This document shows positions 1 to 14,729 of a stretch of DNA of 64,000 bases, piece after piece (within the stretch, counting starts at the first letter, position 1; each line of letters starts with the position of its first letter). Both the position numbers and the translations under genes were made by a program. Location of the stretch: contig MU271183.1 in assembly GCA_021432655.1 (NCBI GenBank), positions 194,926 through 258,925 of the forward strand. The letters are read 5' to 3'. Origin of the DNA: Atractiella rhizophila. Taxonomy: Eukaryota. A model generated the notes under the pieces. It was not told the DNA's origin, made no database searches, and saw only the letters and a list, made by a program, of their open reading frames with translations.

Positions 1-82
1 TCCACGCTTTGCTGATGCTGAACAGTAGATTCAACTCATGTCATAACCGCTAATATCAAACAAAAGAAGCATTCCCACCACG

Positions 83-3000
83 ATGCGACACCTTGTCCTT
101 TCCCTCCTTCCTCTTTTTCTGGCCATTTCACTCCTTCACCTCTCTGCATTATACCTCTTCACATCCGGCTTCCTACTCCGCCGCATCACTCTTCCCAACA
201 CCTCCGTTCTTTCTGCCCCGATCGAATCCAACAGTCGACCAAAGCTGATTTGGCTCATCATCGACGCTCTCCGCGATGACTTCCTTTTCACCCATCCATC
301 CTTTCCCACCCCAGCTAGGCTTGCCAAGGAGCATCCTGAAAATTCCTTCATGGCACGTTTTGTAGCCGACCCTCCAACCACGACCCTCCAAAGGATAAAG
401 GGCCTCACAACTGGGTCCCTTCCAACGTTTATCGACATGTCTGCAAACTTTGCCGCAGGTCGCGGAGCAGAAGGTACTGTAGGAGAAGACAACTTGTTGC
501 GCCAGATGAAGCAAAACGGCTTGCGTGTAGCTTTTGTCGGGGATGATACATGGATCGGAGCCTTCAGTGGAGAAGACGTTTGGGCGACGGGTATGTCATG
601 GGGATACGACAGTCTCGACGTAGCCGATTTGGATACGGTTGACCGTGGAGTGACTGAAAAGTTGAGATGGTTGTTGGCAGAAGGCGAAGGTCGTGGAAGC
701 TGGGATGTCGCCATTGCACACGCTCTGGGAGTCGATCATGCTGGTCACACGTACGGTCCCCAGCACGACGAGATGAAGCGCAAATTGAAAGAAATGGACG
801 AGCTCGTCTCAGAGCTCGTGGAAAAGATGGATGACGATGCTTTACTTGTTGTCTGTGGTGATCATGGTATGGACGGCAAAGGCGATCATGGAGGAGACTC
901 AGAGTCTGAACTGAACGCTGGAGTTTGGGTCTACTCGAAACGCAATGTTCGCCACAGGTCATTGCTCGAGGGGCTCGTTGAGGATCGGACGGCGACGGGA
1001 AGAAGGGTTGTGCGGCAAATCGATATAGTCCCAACGCTCGCACATCTCCTAAATATTCCAGTTCCATTCAACAATCTAGGAATGATCATCCCCGAGCTCT
1101 TCCATCCCGAAATCCAGTCTCGAGTGATACGTGACACTGCTTTGCAGTTGGCAGAATACCTGAACATTTCGGTGCAATCTGGTGTATCGGACCTCGCGCA
1201 TTCACTGGGTGAACTTATGGGGATATTTTCTGAAGGAGAGAGACTTTACTCTGAAGGCCATCATCAAACAGCTATGGCATCCTTCTTCCAGTTTTCGCGA
1301 CGAACTTTGGAGCATTCCAGGGCGGTCTGGGCACGGTTCGATTGGCCGCTGATGCTGGGAGGGATCGTCGTTTTGCTGCTTTCTTGTCTCGTCACCTGGA
1401 ACCTGGTGTACAAGCCACACAATGCCGTCACTCGATCAGCTTGCTTGAAGAGTGGCGTTCGTGGGGCTATAGTCGGCGGAATACCTCTGTCTGTTTTGTC
1501 TGCAGTCGCTGGTACTGGGTCCAGGGGTCGTGCTGGCCTACAGGAGGTCTTTATTTTCTCTCTAAGCTTTACTTTCGCATTGGGCATGCTATCGGCTAGT
1601 AGCAACACGTCCAACGGTCAGCAGACACGGCTCTCAGTCGAGGGTTTGTTTGGGCTTGCGTTGCCATTCCTGCATGCCGCTCTTTTCGCATCCAATTCTT
1701 TCACGATTTGGGAAGATAAGGCAGCTCTCCTCCTCCTCCAGTCTTGTCTGCTGTACCTCGCATGCCGATCGTTTGCTGTTCCGGACCCTCGCTTGCGGAA
1801 ACGACTCTGGTTCTTTCTCGCAATCATCCTATTACTTATCCGTTGGATCGCCAGTTTCACCGTTTGCCGGGAGGAGCAGCAACCTTTTTGCTCTATCACC
1901 TTCTACGCTGATCGCCGGCACGAAGGCACGTCTCTTTCGCCAGCTCCGGTCATCGTCATTCTGCCAATACTAGCGTCCCTTGTCCCCGAATTGTTAGGGA
2001 GATTTCTCGATATCTCGCAGTCGCGCAAAGGCGTCGCTCGACTCTGGCTCGGATGGGGATGTCGATTCTGCCTCTTCGGAGCCATACTATTCTGGGGACC
2101 GGAAGATGTGTTTGGTCACTACCCTCAGTTGAAAGGTCTGATTTGGTTTCCGGACCAGCTGAAGCACTGGATCGCTCGCGCAGTCCTCGTCTTCTCACTC
2201 GTGGGTGGTAGTCTCATTTGGTGGTACAGTCCGCTTTCCGTTGATGTCACGAAAGAGGCTACCAAAAACGTATTTGGTGAGAGCAAAACGCGGATCACCA
2301 TCGTCGGGTTTGCGAATGCATTTGGCTCCTCTTATCTACTTTTCCTAACATGCTTGTGGTGCCTCGTCATCCTCGTCAGCTTGCCTACTAGTCAGCTGGT
2401 TCTCATGCTGGGAATGATAGCGTTCTTTGGGCTGACAGAAGTTTTTGATTCCTGGGCGGATGCTACCAGTTTACTCCGGGTTGTCGAGAGCAAAAAGGAC
2501 GCCGCACCAGCTCAAGGACACCAATTCATTTTTCGAACGTCTATCCTTTCTATTTTGAGCTTCGTGCTTTACTTTGCCACGGGACACCAAGCCACCCTCT
2601 CTTCGATTCAATGGAAGACCGCATTCGTCGGAGTGCGAACTGTGGTGTATCCAATTTCACCAGTTTTTGTCATTATCAACACCTTAGGTCCATTTCTCCT
2701 TATCGCCGCTGGCGTTCCACTCCTCTCCCTCTGGAATACCTCTCCGATTCTCAGTACACCCAGCTCAGTTAACAAGGACTCCCCAGCTCAAAAATTAGCA
2801 ATCACCGACTCCCTAACTCGCAATTCACTTTCATTTGTTTTATACCACAGCATCATCACGTTATCATCTATGATCTTCGCGGCACATTTCAGACGACACT
2901 TGATGGTTTGGAAGATCTTTGCGCCGAGATTTATGCTCGGTGGCATCACTTTATTATCAGTCGACTTTGGTATCACTGTACTTGGAATGGCTTGGGCAGT

Positions 3001-3098
3001 TCCAGTAGGCAAGTGTTTCCTGTGCTTGATTGAATCTATTTAACCATTTAGTAGTTCTCCGTAAAGTGCAGATCAACTTTGGCACCTCGTATACGTGA
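83..3098 (+). CDS. GPI13: GPI ethanolamine phosphate transferase 3 (PIG-O family)
   Basis: 986-aa ORF with IIDALRDDF, ADPPTTTLQRIKGLTTGSLPTFID, HALGVDHAGH, GDHGMDGKGDHGG, TGHQATLSSIQW and RRHLMVWKIFAPRF motifs plus many TM segments. Probable terminal GC-AG intron 3009-3054 gives ...VVLRKVQINFGTSYT* (TGA 3096-3098). Confidence 0.95.
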
Positions 3099-3305
3099 GA
3101 TGGTATGCCATCCTAGTAGGTCCGCAAGCACCTGGTCGATTCTTAATATTATTCGTCCTGTTGATTAGACGACCTATAATATGCACATCCAAATGTATAC
3201 ATTCGCAAGACATAAAAAGCACTTTCAATGCATGTTACTTAATTTCGCTGAAGTATCATTGCAAGGTTGCATCAACACCCACTTTGTCATATAACCGCCT
3301 GTCTG

Positions 3306-5478
3306 TCAACTCAAACTTCGTATCAAAGCAGACTCTATGTTTTCTGTTGCGACGTCTGCCCCATCCACGATAGCGTGAACGTGCAACGCGTCAAAAGCAG
3401 GAAAAATGAAAGGTCGCCAGGCGGTAAAGAAATGGTAGCCATTCGACGGAGGATACGATGCGTTGACGGTAAGGGGTATTGTTTGTAGGGTAGGATCGAT
3501 CATAACGTTGTGAGTCCAGGTTTCAACGTAGATATTACTGGCATTAATGGAATCATGTACCTATACATTGGTTAACGTAAACGCTCCAATATTTTCAAGC
3601 AGGAGCGTACAGCTGCAAGAATGAGGTCACTGTTGATTTTGTGATAGGATTGAACCTGATCCCAGAATACCATCGTATCCGTATCCTTGAGACGATAGCC
3701 ACATCCTTCCCCTCCATTATCAATGTATGTGACTGCACCCCCGTCCTTTTCATCGACTTCGAACCAAAATCTAGAAATGGACTCTTTAGGATCCACATAT
3801 GCTGTGAACTGAAACCGGGTGGCTGTATGCCCCATTCGCTTCAGAACCATGCCTTCGACGTTCTTCTCCGATGAAGCAAGAAACGACAGAACATTGCCAG
3901 TTTTTGTTTCCACCAAAATAGTTACGATTCGCGATGGGTTGGCCTTCAGATTCATGACTCTCAGATCCGTCGTCATTTCCAACTTGCTTGTCGTTATGTT
4001 CAGTCCAAAATTGATGACTCCAACCTTGAAAGGAACAGGTTCGAAAACATCGGAAAGAACCACGTTCTTGGGCACCGTATTGATCATCCTTTCAAACATA
4101 TCCGCGCATATCGACTGGAAGACTTCTTCGGATTCTGCCATTCTGATGCTTTGTTAGCGTCGTGGTTTCAACTAGGGCAGAAATTAGAACGAACCTGCTG
4201 ACCGTGACATTTCCATCGCTCCCGAAAATCCTAGTTAGCGTCAATCAGTATAATCTCGTCCGCCCTTCGTCATATCTCACCTGCCATCGGAGGTAATTGT
4301 TTCGTTGTTATTGCGTACCAGAGGATTGGCAGTAGTACCATTGAGATATTCGAGCACGCTTCGGTAAAGTGGTGAGTAGGGACCTTTGGATTCAAAGGAG
4401 ACGTACATCGATCGATCAAAGTGATTACCAGACCCGTCAAAGAAATTCATATCTTCTGCGGTCACGATTTCTGGGAAGTCGATTTGTCGTACCCCACCTA
4501 TACCACCTTGAGCTAGGAGAACACCCCTGCAGGTGTAACAAGACCTAAGGAATGCCCGCATGCTGTCATGACAGTCACCAAGGGGCATTTGGATTTACAG
4601 GGGAAACATACCGACCAGCTGAATCATTTCAGTCTGGTTAAATCCTTGTTTCCGGAACGCTTCGATATGAGTGGCGAGATCCTCTTGTGGCTGTGGGACC
4701 CCAGCACGCCCTTCTGACGTTGCATCGATTCGTCCGCTTCGAAATGGAATGAGAGGCCCACCGCATCCAACGAGTGAGAAGATGACCTAAGTCGGCATAT
4801 TAAAGATGGTCCGTCACACTCACTACAGACAAACCCCAAGTGCTTCGAGATCAGCCACTGGGCCTTAATTCAGTATCGAATCACTCAAAATCAAAACGCG
4901 TACTAGAATAGTAGCGGGAAATAGCAGAGGTGAAGTCGGAGATGAGAGAGTTTTCGTTTCCAGAGCCGACATTCTGACATTTGTCATTCAGGGAGGTGAT
5001 GATGAAGGGGTGACCTACTTCGGGTCGGCTCAATTCGTATCTGATAGTTTTTTCAAGGTGATTCCTCTTTAGAAAGAGAGTACTTACCCGATCGAGAAGT
5101 CAAGACCACCAGTTCCGTCATCAATGTTGTAGGTTGCCTGGTATAACGCTAAATACAGACACAATTATAATAGGGAAGGAAGGCAGCTTGCCATGTCATG
5201 ATAAGCCTACAAGAACAATCTGAACGTTTATAACGACTACGGCGCCGAAGGATAAAAGAGCGCACCACTCGGATCCATTCAGCTGCGAACGGGGAAGGGC
5301 CATCTGCTCTGAACTTGCAGTCCTCACCTACTAATCCAGCGAGGTCGAACCCTCCTTGGGCGACGCCTTCAAAAAGCAGCTTTTCTAACCGGTCAAAAGC
5401 AGGCGATGGCCATTCCGGGCAGTTCTGCCCTTTCACAAGTAGGATGGTAAACGATAGCAAGACCACCGCTTGAAACAT
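3306..5478 (-). CDS. Secreted heme peroxidase-like protein (peroxidase-catalase superfamily, fungal hybrid-B type), multi-exon
   Basis: Signal peptide MFQAVVLLSFTILLVKG. Spliced exons give AAEWIRV-AYHDM-ATYNIDDGTGGLDFSI-GYELSRPE (distal R..YH motif), GGVRQIDFPEIV, YLNGTTANPLV and CADMFERMINTVPKNVVLSDV, which are typical of this family. Confidence 0.8.
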
Positions 5479-5839
5479 GTCAATGTGAACTTCGTTCGAC
5501 AAGAAATGGGAGGATGAAAGAGAAAGAAGGAGTTTATGAGGATGAGGGTGCTCGCCGTGCTGAGAACTGAGCAATGAAGCTACAAGGCAAAACTGCTGCA
5601 AGTGGATGTCTCGTGGGCTTCACCGTCCTTGTCCACGCCGCGCTCACGCTCCCTCCCTCTCAGGCTACACATGGGAGGATTCGGTGAGGATAGTCGTACA
5701 GTGCTTTGCTCCGCTTTGCAAACCTTGCATTGCTGTGTCCGCGGCGAAGATGCACTAATAAATTCAATGACTGACTGCACGAGAGAAGTCCGTTAAAAAG
5801 TCTTGATGAATTGATATTACGAATGTCCTTTTAAGAACC

Positions 5840-7180
5840 TCAGAGGGAGGAAATTAGAACGAGTAAGGCCATAACCATTGGTAGGTAGGCAGGCACCTGC
5901 ACGGTAGCCGCACCGCTATCACCGCCTTTTAGAGCAGCATTACCACTACCAGGCCTGTTCGCAGTCATCTTTCCCATGCCTGAAGAGGAATAGAATGATG
6001 ACGCGGCAAGTGGCTCCGCTGGCAGCACGAAGGCGGTTCGTGATTCGGGCACCGAAGATGCTGGCAGAAGTAGCGAGACGAAGCTGGTACAAAATGGTTA
6101 GTACATGACATTCGTTGCACCCGAACAGCTATAAAACAGTGCAGGCATTTCGTCGCTGAATTGCGCAGAGCTAATCGAGCTGAAAGCTCGCATTCTTTGC
6201 CGCTCAGAATCAAAGAAACGAGCACCGCCCTGAAGGATCTGGCTATCGTGTATGGGACGTAACGGGCTACGGCTGGTCCCATTCTACAGTGGGGTCGAAG
6301 ACTACCAACCTCACTTCTGAAATGCGTTCTCGAGCCAGCATGACTAGTCATATCTGTGCACGTCGATAGATGGCGTGACGTTCATGATCAACAAGCAAGG
6401 AAGGCTGCTAGACCTCAGCTGCAAATACATTCCAGAAGGGACGTATGTCCTTCCCAATCATTTTGTGCTAGCCCGGCGAGCGCTCTGTCTATAAGATATA
6501 AGGGAAAGACCCGGAAACTGTATTGAACAGACGCGTTCACTCCTTCACACGAAGGAAAAGTTGAAACAGGCCACAAGTGAGAAACACCCACCTAGAACTC
6601 TGCTCATCAGGACTTTCCCACTCCATCCAACCTTCACCCCACTCAATTGCATAGCTCCCATTATTTTCTGGCCCACGAAGAGCAGTTACACTCTTCCAAA
6701 GAAGGACGTAGCTATCCATTACATGAACTGATAGAAACGGTGAGTCACTGTAAGAGGGAACATACGAGCTGTTCATGCTGCTCATCGTCAAGAGCGTAAC
6801 GAAGCTCAATGCTCCGCCAGAGATAGTTGCATTACGTGAAGGTGTGAAAGAGGCGGAAGGTTCATCGTTTAGGACTGTCCAAGCAATCCACCAAGAACAC
6901 AGAAAGAATCAACATGTCTTGTATTCTTCCACGTGCAGTTAAACGTACCGTCTGCGCTACTAACAGCTGTTCCATCCGGTACACCCCTTCCACCAGTAAA
7001 TATATTCTTCTTCTGACCACTGAAAGCGAGAGTTAGGAGTCCAGATGGCGTGAAGCGGATGGGCTGGTCAATGGGGTTCAAGAGAAGAGATCGTGACGGT
7101 AAAGGTGGAGCGAACTGAGCGTAAGCGAAAATCCTCAAAAGGCTTGTCCAGCAGCACCAGAGAAGGAAGAACCGGCTCAT
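5840..7180 (-). CDS. Secreted, probably GPI-anchored hypothetical protein (multi-exon)
   Basis: N-terminal signal-like MSRFFLLWCCWTSLLRIFAYA. Ser/Gly-rich tail and hydrophobic C-terminus (SGAATVQVPAYLPMVMALLVLISSL*). The middle exon resembles a concanavalin/GH16-like fold (YAIEWGEG.MEW) but has no clear catalytic motif. Confidence 0.55.
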
Positions 7181-8191
7181 GATTGTCCGTGGAAAGTATG
7201 GGCAGCACCGGGCCGCAATGAAAGAAAGACTAAGGAATTTGGCGTAGCTGCCCAGACAAGTAAAGATTAGGCACGTAGAAGACGGGAATGAAATCAACGG
7301 ATGGGGATTGGGAATGTATAGTCCAGATGAGGCAGGAAGTTCATTTAGGACACGCCATTGCTCTCGTGCCAATGCGGTGACTGCTCTTGACGACGTCGTC
7401 AAGTGCAGGTCTTGACCATTTAGCGGGAATGTCCGCCAACCGGGTTTGCTTTCACTACTATAATGCGGCAACATGGATACAATAATTATCAAGAATCAAT
7501 GCCTCAACGTCTGGATTTAGTGCTGCAATTCGATTCCTTTCACCAAGTTGATCCTCAGCCTGTCTCTTCTTACATTGTGAATCTCAAGGAGTAACGCTTA
7601 CCTTTAAACCAGAACCAAGACGCCTCGATCCTCCTAACTACCTAACAGTATCTGCAGCATATTTGCAGTATCCTTAACGGCATCAGTTGCCCGCACTTTC
7701 TGCCACTTCCCTCAGGGGTTTCAACTTTGCTGTCGAGGCTTATGTTGGGTTGTGCAGGTGGTAGAGTTATCGGTGTTGATGAAGACAACCAAAGACTTTG
7801 GGTTCTGAATTAGGTTGGCGATTGATGTTGAGTGAAATGGTTTGCATTGAAATGAGTCTTATCGGTATCAGTGGAGAGCTTCCGAATCACCGCTGCACTT
7901 GGCGTTGGTTTATTCACTTTTGTGCGAAAACAAGAGCAAGGGAAGCGAGAAGGAAAGCACGTTCATCCGGACTCGATTTCCTCCTCGCTGGGAAAGCAAA
8001 ACACACATCTAGCTCTTATTTACTACGGACATTACCTTTGGTGGCGGCAGACATTGACATTGTGCGCAGTGGGTGGACCGAACGAAACCCACTCACGTAT
8101 ATGTCCTGTAGCCTTCTTAAAGCGCAGGCGATAACCTCGATAACAACCCCTGTCTTTGCATCAGCTACATCAGCTTCAGATTTGTTTCGAC

Positions 8192-9269
8192 ATGAGCGGA
8201 GCGCCTCCTCCCTATCCCGCCGTCTTTGCTTGTGTGCTTCTTAGCAGCACTGACAAACTTCGTCTCTGTGGCTTCACCAAAGACACGATCAATGCGGTAA
8301 ACGAAACCGTGAAGCGTGCTTGGGGACGAGGCATCCAGAGACAAGGTCTGTATGAAGGGACTTGGGAGTGGAAACTGTCCGGTACGGTTGGCAGCTCTCT
8401 TTCCATTCTTTCCATTCTGATCAACGTCTCCAACCTCCTACTAGGTAATCCTTGGTATGGCCAAGGCAGCGAAGCCATATCGTCAGTTCATGTGCTTTAA
8501 CCCCCCTGAGAACTTACGAAAGTGCGGACGTGCCAGGGCGAGACGCTTGATCATTCATGTTCTCACCACACTCTCGAGCGAAGGCTGGATTCTTCACGCC
8601 TCGTGCGACCTCACCAAGAAAGCACGAGACAAGGACACAATGTTCTTCAGAGCGGCGCCGCATGTTCATGTAGGCGGTAAAGCTTCTGTGTTCGCCCCCG
8701 CTAACTGAACGGTCACAGAGGATTTTCTTCAGCATCTCGTTTAACGAAAGCGACAAAGTGAGAATAATAGACTCACCAAGTGATGCGGTCACCGCCGCAT
8801 TTACAGCGGCGATTCAAGTATGATTGATATCCGCGTTGTTGTCAGGTTCTGACTTGGTTTCAGACGTGGTCATACGGGATCCAGGAATCGCGAATGAAAG
8901 AACCTGACACTTTTCAGATGAAGTTGCGAAAGAACCCATGGTGGACCAGTGACGGCGAACAAGTGGTCCGATCAAAAGTCTGTCTTTCTTATTCACGTTC
9001 CGTGAGGTTAAGCATATGGTAGCTGTTGGCTTGCAACATTCTCAGCGCAATGGATAATGCGGGATATGAGCTTGTTGGGAGTGTGGATATGAGCTATGGC
9101 GCAGGTGATACAGCACCAGACCGTGAGTTTTCCTTCGCAGTATGTGCTAGAGACCGCTGACATTCTTATTATAGTGGATACTTGGTTTTTTGCCAGTAAG
9201 GTGCCCGCCACTTCCACAACAGCCGCACCTGCCTACACACCAGCACCGCCGCTCCCTCAGAAGAATTGA
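8192..9269 (+). CDS. Conserved fungal hypothetical protein with internal two-fold repeat
   Basis: Spliced exons give two similar halves (STDKLRL..AWGRGIQ..WKLSGNPW..S.DL and ESDKVRI..TWSYGIQ..MKLRKNPW). PPPY motif at the N-terminus and APAYTPAPPLPQKN* at the end. Confidence 0.7.
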
Positions 9270-11342
9270 GCATTCCGTGCTTGTGAAACCAGTGTTGTAA
9301 TAATCCCACCCGTTTTGTGAACTTCCGAGTTCAGTAGGGCCCGGAAGACTGTTTTAGGACAATTGAGCTTGTGTAATTTCTGTAATTCATTATTATGCTC
9401 AATACTAACAACGATCACGATGTTGGGGGCTTTATGTACAGAACCCTTCACCCTTTCAATGACTGCAGCAGCAAGATATTCTGGTTCATGTGTATGTATT
9501 CGTGTTACATCTGTTTGACGAGAAGGCTAGCAGGTATTCCGAACGACTGGAACTAAAACAAGGAACAAGAGTACCATCCTTATCTCCAGGCGTGAGCTTG
9601 AACTGGGGAGGGAAGAAACGGGGGAGACGAGGTGGTAATGGTGCTGCAGATATGCTAGGAGGTCGAAGGAGATTTTGGATCTTTTGGAGGCGGCCTGAAG
9701 GACGATGTGGACTAAGTAATTAAGTGAGCTTGGTATGAAAGTGAGTCTTTCCGCGCTCCCAGGGGCTGTGAGTAGCGAAGCCATCTTGCCTATGAATCAA
9801 CACCTAGAGTACGGGACAACCTGCAAAAATCGCGTATTCGGGCAGCCTGCTGGCGATGCGCCAACGGTTTAGCCAGTTCATGAAATCGATTGGAAAGAAT
9901 AAGAAATCGTAAATGTGCTTTGGAGAAAAGAAGGATTATTCTCCCCGAAGCGTGCACAATTTCTGTGCGCTCACAGAATCTACTCTAGCTCTTTTCTCCT
10001 GTCAAAATCATTTCTCTGATATGCCAGGAGAAAGGCTCATATATGTTATAGTGAGTTTGTCGATGCTATATGCAGCGGTGAAGAAGCATGCTGGAAGTGT
10101 CGTTTTGGGACCACTCGTCGGAGAAGCTGGTGAAGCCAGCAAAGACTGAAAGAGAAAGAATGTGGCCCGAAGCATTTGGCGCTTAAGCTTCATAGCTCGC
10201 TTGCCTTTCCATTGATTGTGCTGAACACAATTGTTCATCCTCGTGCTGGATAGCGTGTTCCGTCTCTGTCAGCAGCTGCAGCCCGCTTCGCAGATTGCTT
10301 GTACCTTTCGTGGGTTCAGAGAATCGTCTCAATGAATGATTAATTTCGATGATCAGTTCCGTTTGGACGTTTAAATATATGACAACTAGCGAGAATGAGA
10401 TGGGATCTGCAAATGCTCTTTCTCGCCTTTTTTATTGAGCAAGGAGAGTGACATGCCTTTCAAGTTCAGACTTGTGAGGTCGCTGCTGATACCCCTTTCT
10501 GCCCCCACGAGGTTTTCCCTCGATCAAACATCTTCACTTGCCTCCCTTTCGTTCACATACACCGCTGCTTCCATGTATGGGATGTTTGACGGGCTTAAGT
10601 ACAGGATATGGCTGTCTTAGTTCTCCCTACTATTGTATGTGAACCGATTAATCCGCAAAGCTCCAACCGCATCAGGTTCCTCTCACAGTTCCGTAGGTGC
10701 CAATGCGCATAGACTAGCATGCAGCATGCAGGAGAGAGGTAACCGCACAGGAGATCGTTCATCGCCAGTGTGAAAATCACACTCCGATGTCTTGTTCGTG
10801 GTGAACGTTGAAGGACGCTTTTAGTTTCTGCAAGCTCCATTCCTCAAGTCTGCATATCTTGATACACCTTTGGACCTTTCCTTACTGTAAAGGCGCAGGC
10901 AAACGCATGTTCACCTCCTTGATTGGTTGAACTTGATTGTTTTCGCTTGCTGGACATTTGTCGGATTTGGCTGTCCATCTCCGTCGTGCGTACAAGCGAG
11001 TACAGCCGACCAACCGCCGCAACCCACAAGCAGAATTGAGGAAACCAAACAACCATCACCCCTTTGTTCCACATCCATCATCTGGACCAGCCTAATTCAT
11101 CATCAAGGTGAGAGTCTGTGGGTCGAGAGCTCAGGGAGGTGCAGAGGAAGTTTCCCTTACTAACTTCCGTTTAGCGGACAGGCCGTCAATTGAAGGAGAA
11201 CGCATCCTGCGGACAACAACAACTTAAAGCCCGAGGAAGGGGCTGTTCAACTTTTGCCAGCCTTCCCATTGGGCTCAGCTTCCGAGTCGTCCACATAACC
11301 CGGAACCCCTTTGCCTAAAGATTTCCTTCACATCCATAAAAA

Positions 11343-14261
11343 ATGGCCTCCAGAGACAAGCGTCCTGAGCCTCTTGACCTGACCCGACAACCCTCATCCA
11401 CTTCTATTCGCTCAAGATTTCAAGAACGGTTCTCGCCTACACAGGAGAACCCTCCTCCACTTCCATCCAGCTGGAAAAGCGACATTGAACTTCAATCTGC
11501 TTCTCCTACCGCTGACAACAACCCATACTACACATCATTCAATCTGCCTTCCTCGCCACAGTTTCCCCCTTCGTCTTCCAGGCCACCGGTGCAGAGGGGT
11601 TTCTCGACGGCCACAGATCATACACGTCCTGAAACTCCAGATCAAGAAGTGACGCTTCTTCTATCTCCCGCGAGCCCAACGGAAGATTCCTATCCCACGG
11701 CTCCGGCAACCTATACCATCGAAGATCATCAGGACATAGGCCATCCTATGTTTCCCCATTCCTCCCACTCTCCCCGCGATCCAAAACATTTCCGACGCTC
11801 GCACATGCGCAACCTTGAGATGGCATCAAAGAAGTTTCTTGAGCGGGACAGTTACGACGCTCCTGATCCAAAGAATTTCATCATCCTTACAATCTGTGTC
11901 GCAGTTTGTTGGCCCATTGGCTACTTTGTCCCCAGAGCCTTCCTTTCTGGAATCTCCCTCTTTGGAGCTCGTGCGATCATTGCCATCACCGGGACAGTCA
12001 TTAATCTAATACTCGCGTTCGCGTTGATTAGGATCGGGACGAAGATTTATGAGAGGATTATCTGGAGCACTGTCATCCACTATGAAGTGAAAGTAGGGGA
12101 TTTAGATACTTGGACGAATGGCGGACCAATAGGAGCGGTTACCCTGGCGTGGCATCGTTTCACACACCCGGAATGGTATGGCAGGAAAGTTCGGTAAGCC
12201 CCCCTCGATTTTCCCTCAGAAGCACAGCTAATGAAAGGATTTGGTGCGTATAGGAACTACGATCGAACGCCTTGGGCCATCTTTATCTTCTACTTCATTG
12301 GCGTCGTCATCCTTGCTGAATTAGGTGGATTCATTTACGGTCGTGTCGTAAATCTCACCACTGCACCAGTGGCACAAGTTCGTATTCATTTGTTCATTTC
12401 TTTGCTCACTTTGAACTCCTTGAACGTCAGAGCAATACCTTCCATCCCATCCCGATTGTAATGGACCTTTCTCCTGAAGACTTAGCATACCAACAAGAAC
12501 TTGCTGGGACCTTCAACGGCAGCACGTTTCCAGCAGAATGGACGATTCGTTCGGTCGCCGCCCTGCAGATTCCAAATTCTGTGACAATGGAGTTTGACGA
12601 TAGAAATATTTTCTTCACGGAACCAACTTTCACAACATTTTCTGAGGACCCTGATTCAGCAGGATATGGTACTTATAACTGGTCCTCTAATGTGTTCGAT
12701 CAGGCGAGCGCCAGGACTCTGCCTGTGAGCTTGGCAACGAACAAAGGGGCCGCTAAAGATGTCAGTACTTCTTTCGAGCAATATGCCACCTCTAATTAAC
12801 TGGCACTTGTAGACCACGAGAGAGACTCAGCCAACACTTATCCAGCATCCTGCCTATGGCTCTCAGATCTCCTGCATGAAGCTAGGAGACGACGGAACCT
12901 CCTTTACTGACCAGATCCTCGTCGAGACTGGTGATGCGTTAACGAGCCAACGTACCTTTCTATTCGTTCCCCAATCTCTCTTGGACAATCTCTATGCCAA
13001 CCTCTCAATTGATACTTCGTCTCTCAACCAAGTGCAATTCTTACCGACTGATGTGTCGTCAGTGAATTCAACCTTTACTCTTCCAGCAGGCGCGAACACA
13101 AATCCACCGCCCTTTGTCGTTGGCCCTTACTTTCAGAACGGCGTTGCGCTGTCTATCGTTTCTCGTCCGCTCAAAGATGGTTCAGCGGGAGACGGATGGG
13201 TCTCTGTGGACGTTATCCTCATACGACTTGCGACTGGCGAGGCTGTGACACCATCTGGCGAGTTTCCCCTCACTAAGACTTATCCGGCTACCATGGATGG
13301 ACCAGCAATCGACGTTGGGTTCGATGCTGGCGTCTGTGTGACGGTGGTCAAGCCTTGGTTGGTGGAAAGCTTGAATGCTACGAGCGGAGTGACGATCACA
13401 AGAGTGCTGGGTGAGGGAAGTGATGTCAATATGCTGGGAGCAGGAGGGAATAGACAGGGAGACCTGTTTGTTGTCCCGCCAGACGTGCAAGTGACGCAGA
13501 GCTTAAACACCTACGGGAAGGATGTTGCGTACGTCTGATGATGTTAACCTTCGCCTCCCTAACATCGTGGATAGGTATTACAACGCTTATCAGAGCTCGC
13601 GTAACCAACTTCTCAAGGACAATGCGATCACGGGACGTTATCTCTCGAACCCAACGGTTATCCAACTGGCGACGTGGGATACCTCATGGCTGCCACCACA
13701 AAGGTTTGTCCTCCATTCGCTTGCTGATGGAGGTAGGCTCACGGCAAAGCTAGCTTCATGACCCTAAGTTCTGATAAGATGCAAAATGTGCTTGGTGCCA
13801 CCAATGTCCGATTTCTCACCCCAAATCTTGTCGGTAATGCGCGAGTGCAAGGACGAGCGTATATCTCTGATACCATCGCATTGTTGGTATCTTGTTTCGC
13901 GTCGTTTGTTTCACTGACCATTTCGTCTGCAGCCCTGACACTTCCGTTATCTGGCTCAGTGCTTACCTTGGGCTAGTTTGTGAGTGTTCCCTTCCCTGAG
14001 ATTTCTGTGGATTAACACGAACCAGATGGAGTTGGCATTATCGGAATCCTTTTCGTCCCCAAGCTTCCTCTCTCGCTTCCATCAAGAGATCTAGCGCCAT
14101 CCTCATGGATTTCAGCGTTCCAAAGTTCAGCCTCTGATTCATCAGGATCAGGCGAGAAATCACCTTTCGGTATCATCACACCCTTCCCTTATAACGAGGG
14201 ATCGAAACAACGACCTTCCGAGTTGCGACTACGTTACACGAGACCTGATAATGACACTTGA
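11343..14261 (+). CDS. Multi-pass membrane hypothetical protein with Pro/Ser-rich N-terminus and large luminal domain
   Basis: Consecutive + ORFs (11343, 12231, 12461, 12876, 13522, 13758) joined by short GT-AG introns. Several TM segments. Ends ...ELRLRYTRPDNDT*. Confidence 0.7.
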
Positions 14262-14729
14262 TTGTATTTTGTATTTGTTTCAACGCTTCAACGTCTGCAG
14301 TGGACATGTTGGGATTCTGTCTTCTTGATATCGTTATCTCGCCCAGCTTCATCATTGTACAAACGCAACGGGCCTGGTACTCAATTCTGTCAACAGCATA
14401 TAATTCCGGGTCAGTTCACGTTTAATGACAACCATCAGTGCATCAGTACCTTGTATTCTTGTTCGGATGACGCCTACTGTCATTTCGAGGGACGAAGGAA
14501 GTATTCGTTCTAGTTCTAGCTATGAAAAACATGATCGAAGAACCTTAGAATAAACAGGGATAGAAGGTCCTTTGGCATGCGTTTGATCTTGGTCAGATCA
14601 GCACTGTGATCGAAAGTTGATTCCGACAAGTGTCATTGCACTGGTCAGCGTAAAAGCGTTTGTCCATCAGGAGTATAAGAGCCCTCAGCTACTCAGCAAT
14701 TCCACGCCTCGACCATCTAACCATTCACA

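Noticed and set aside
9480..11160. Short ORFs on both strands as a gene
   Set aside because: No recognisable domain and no consistent stop-free spliced model. Possibly a decayed gene.
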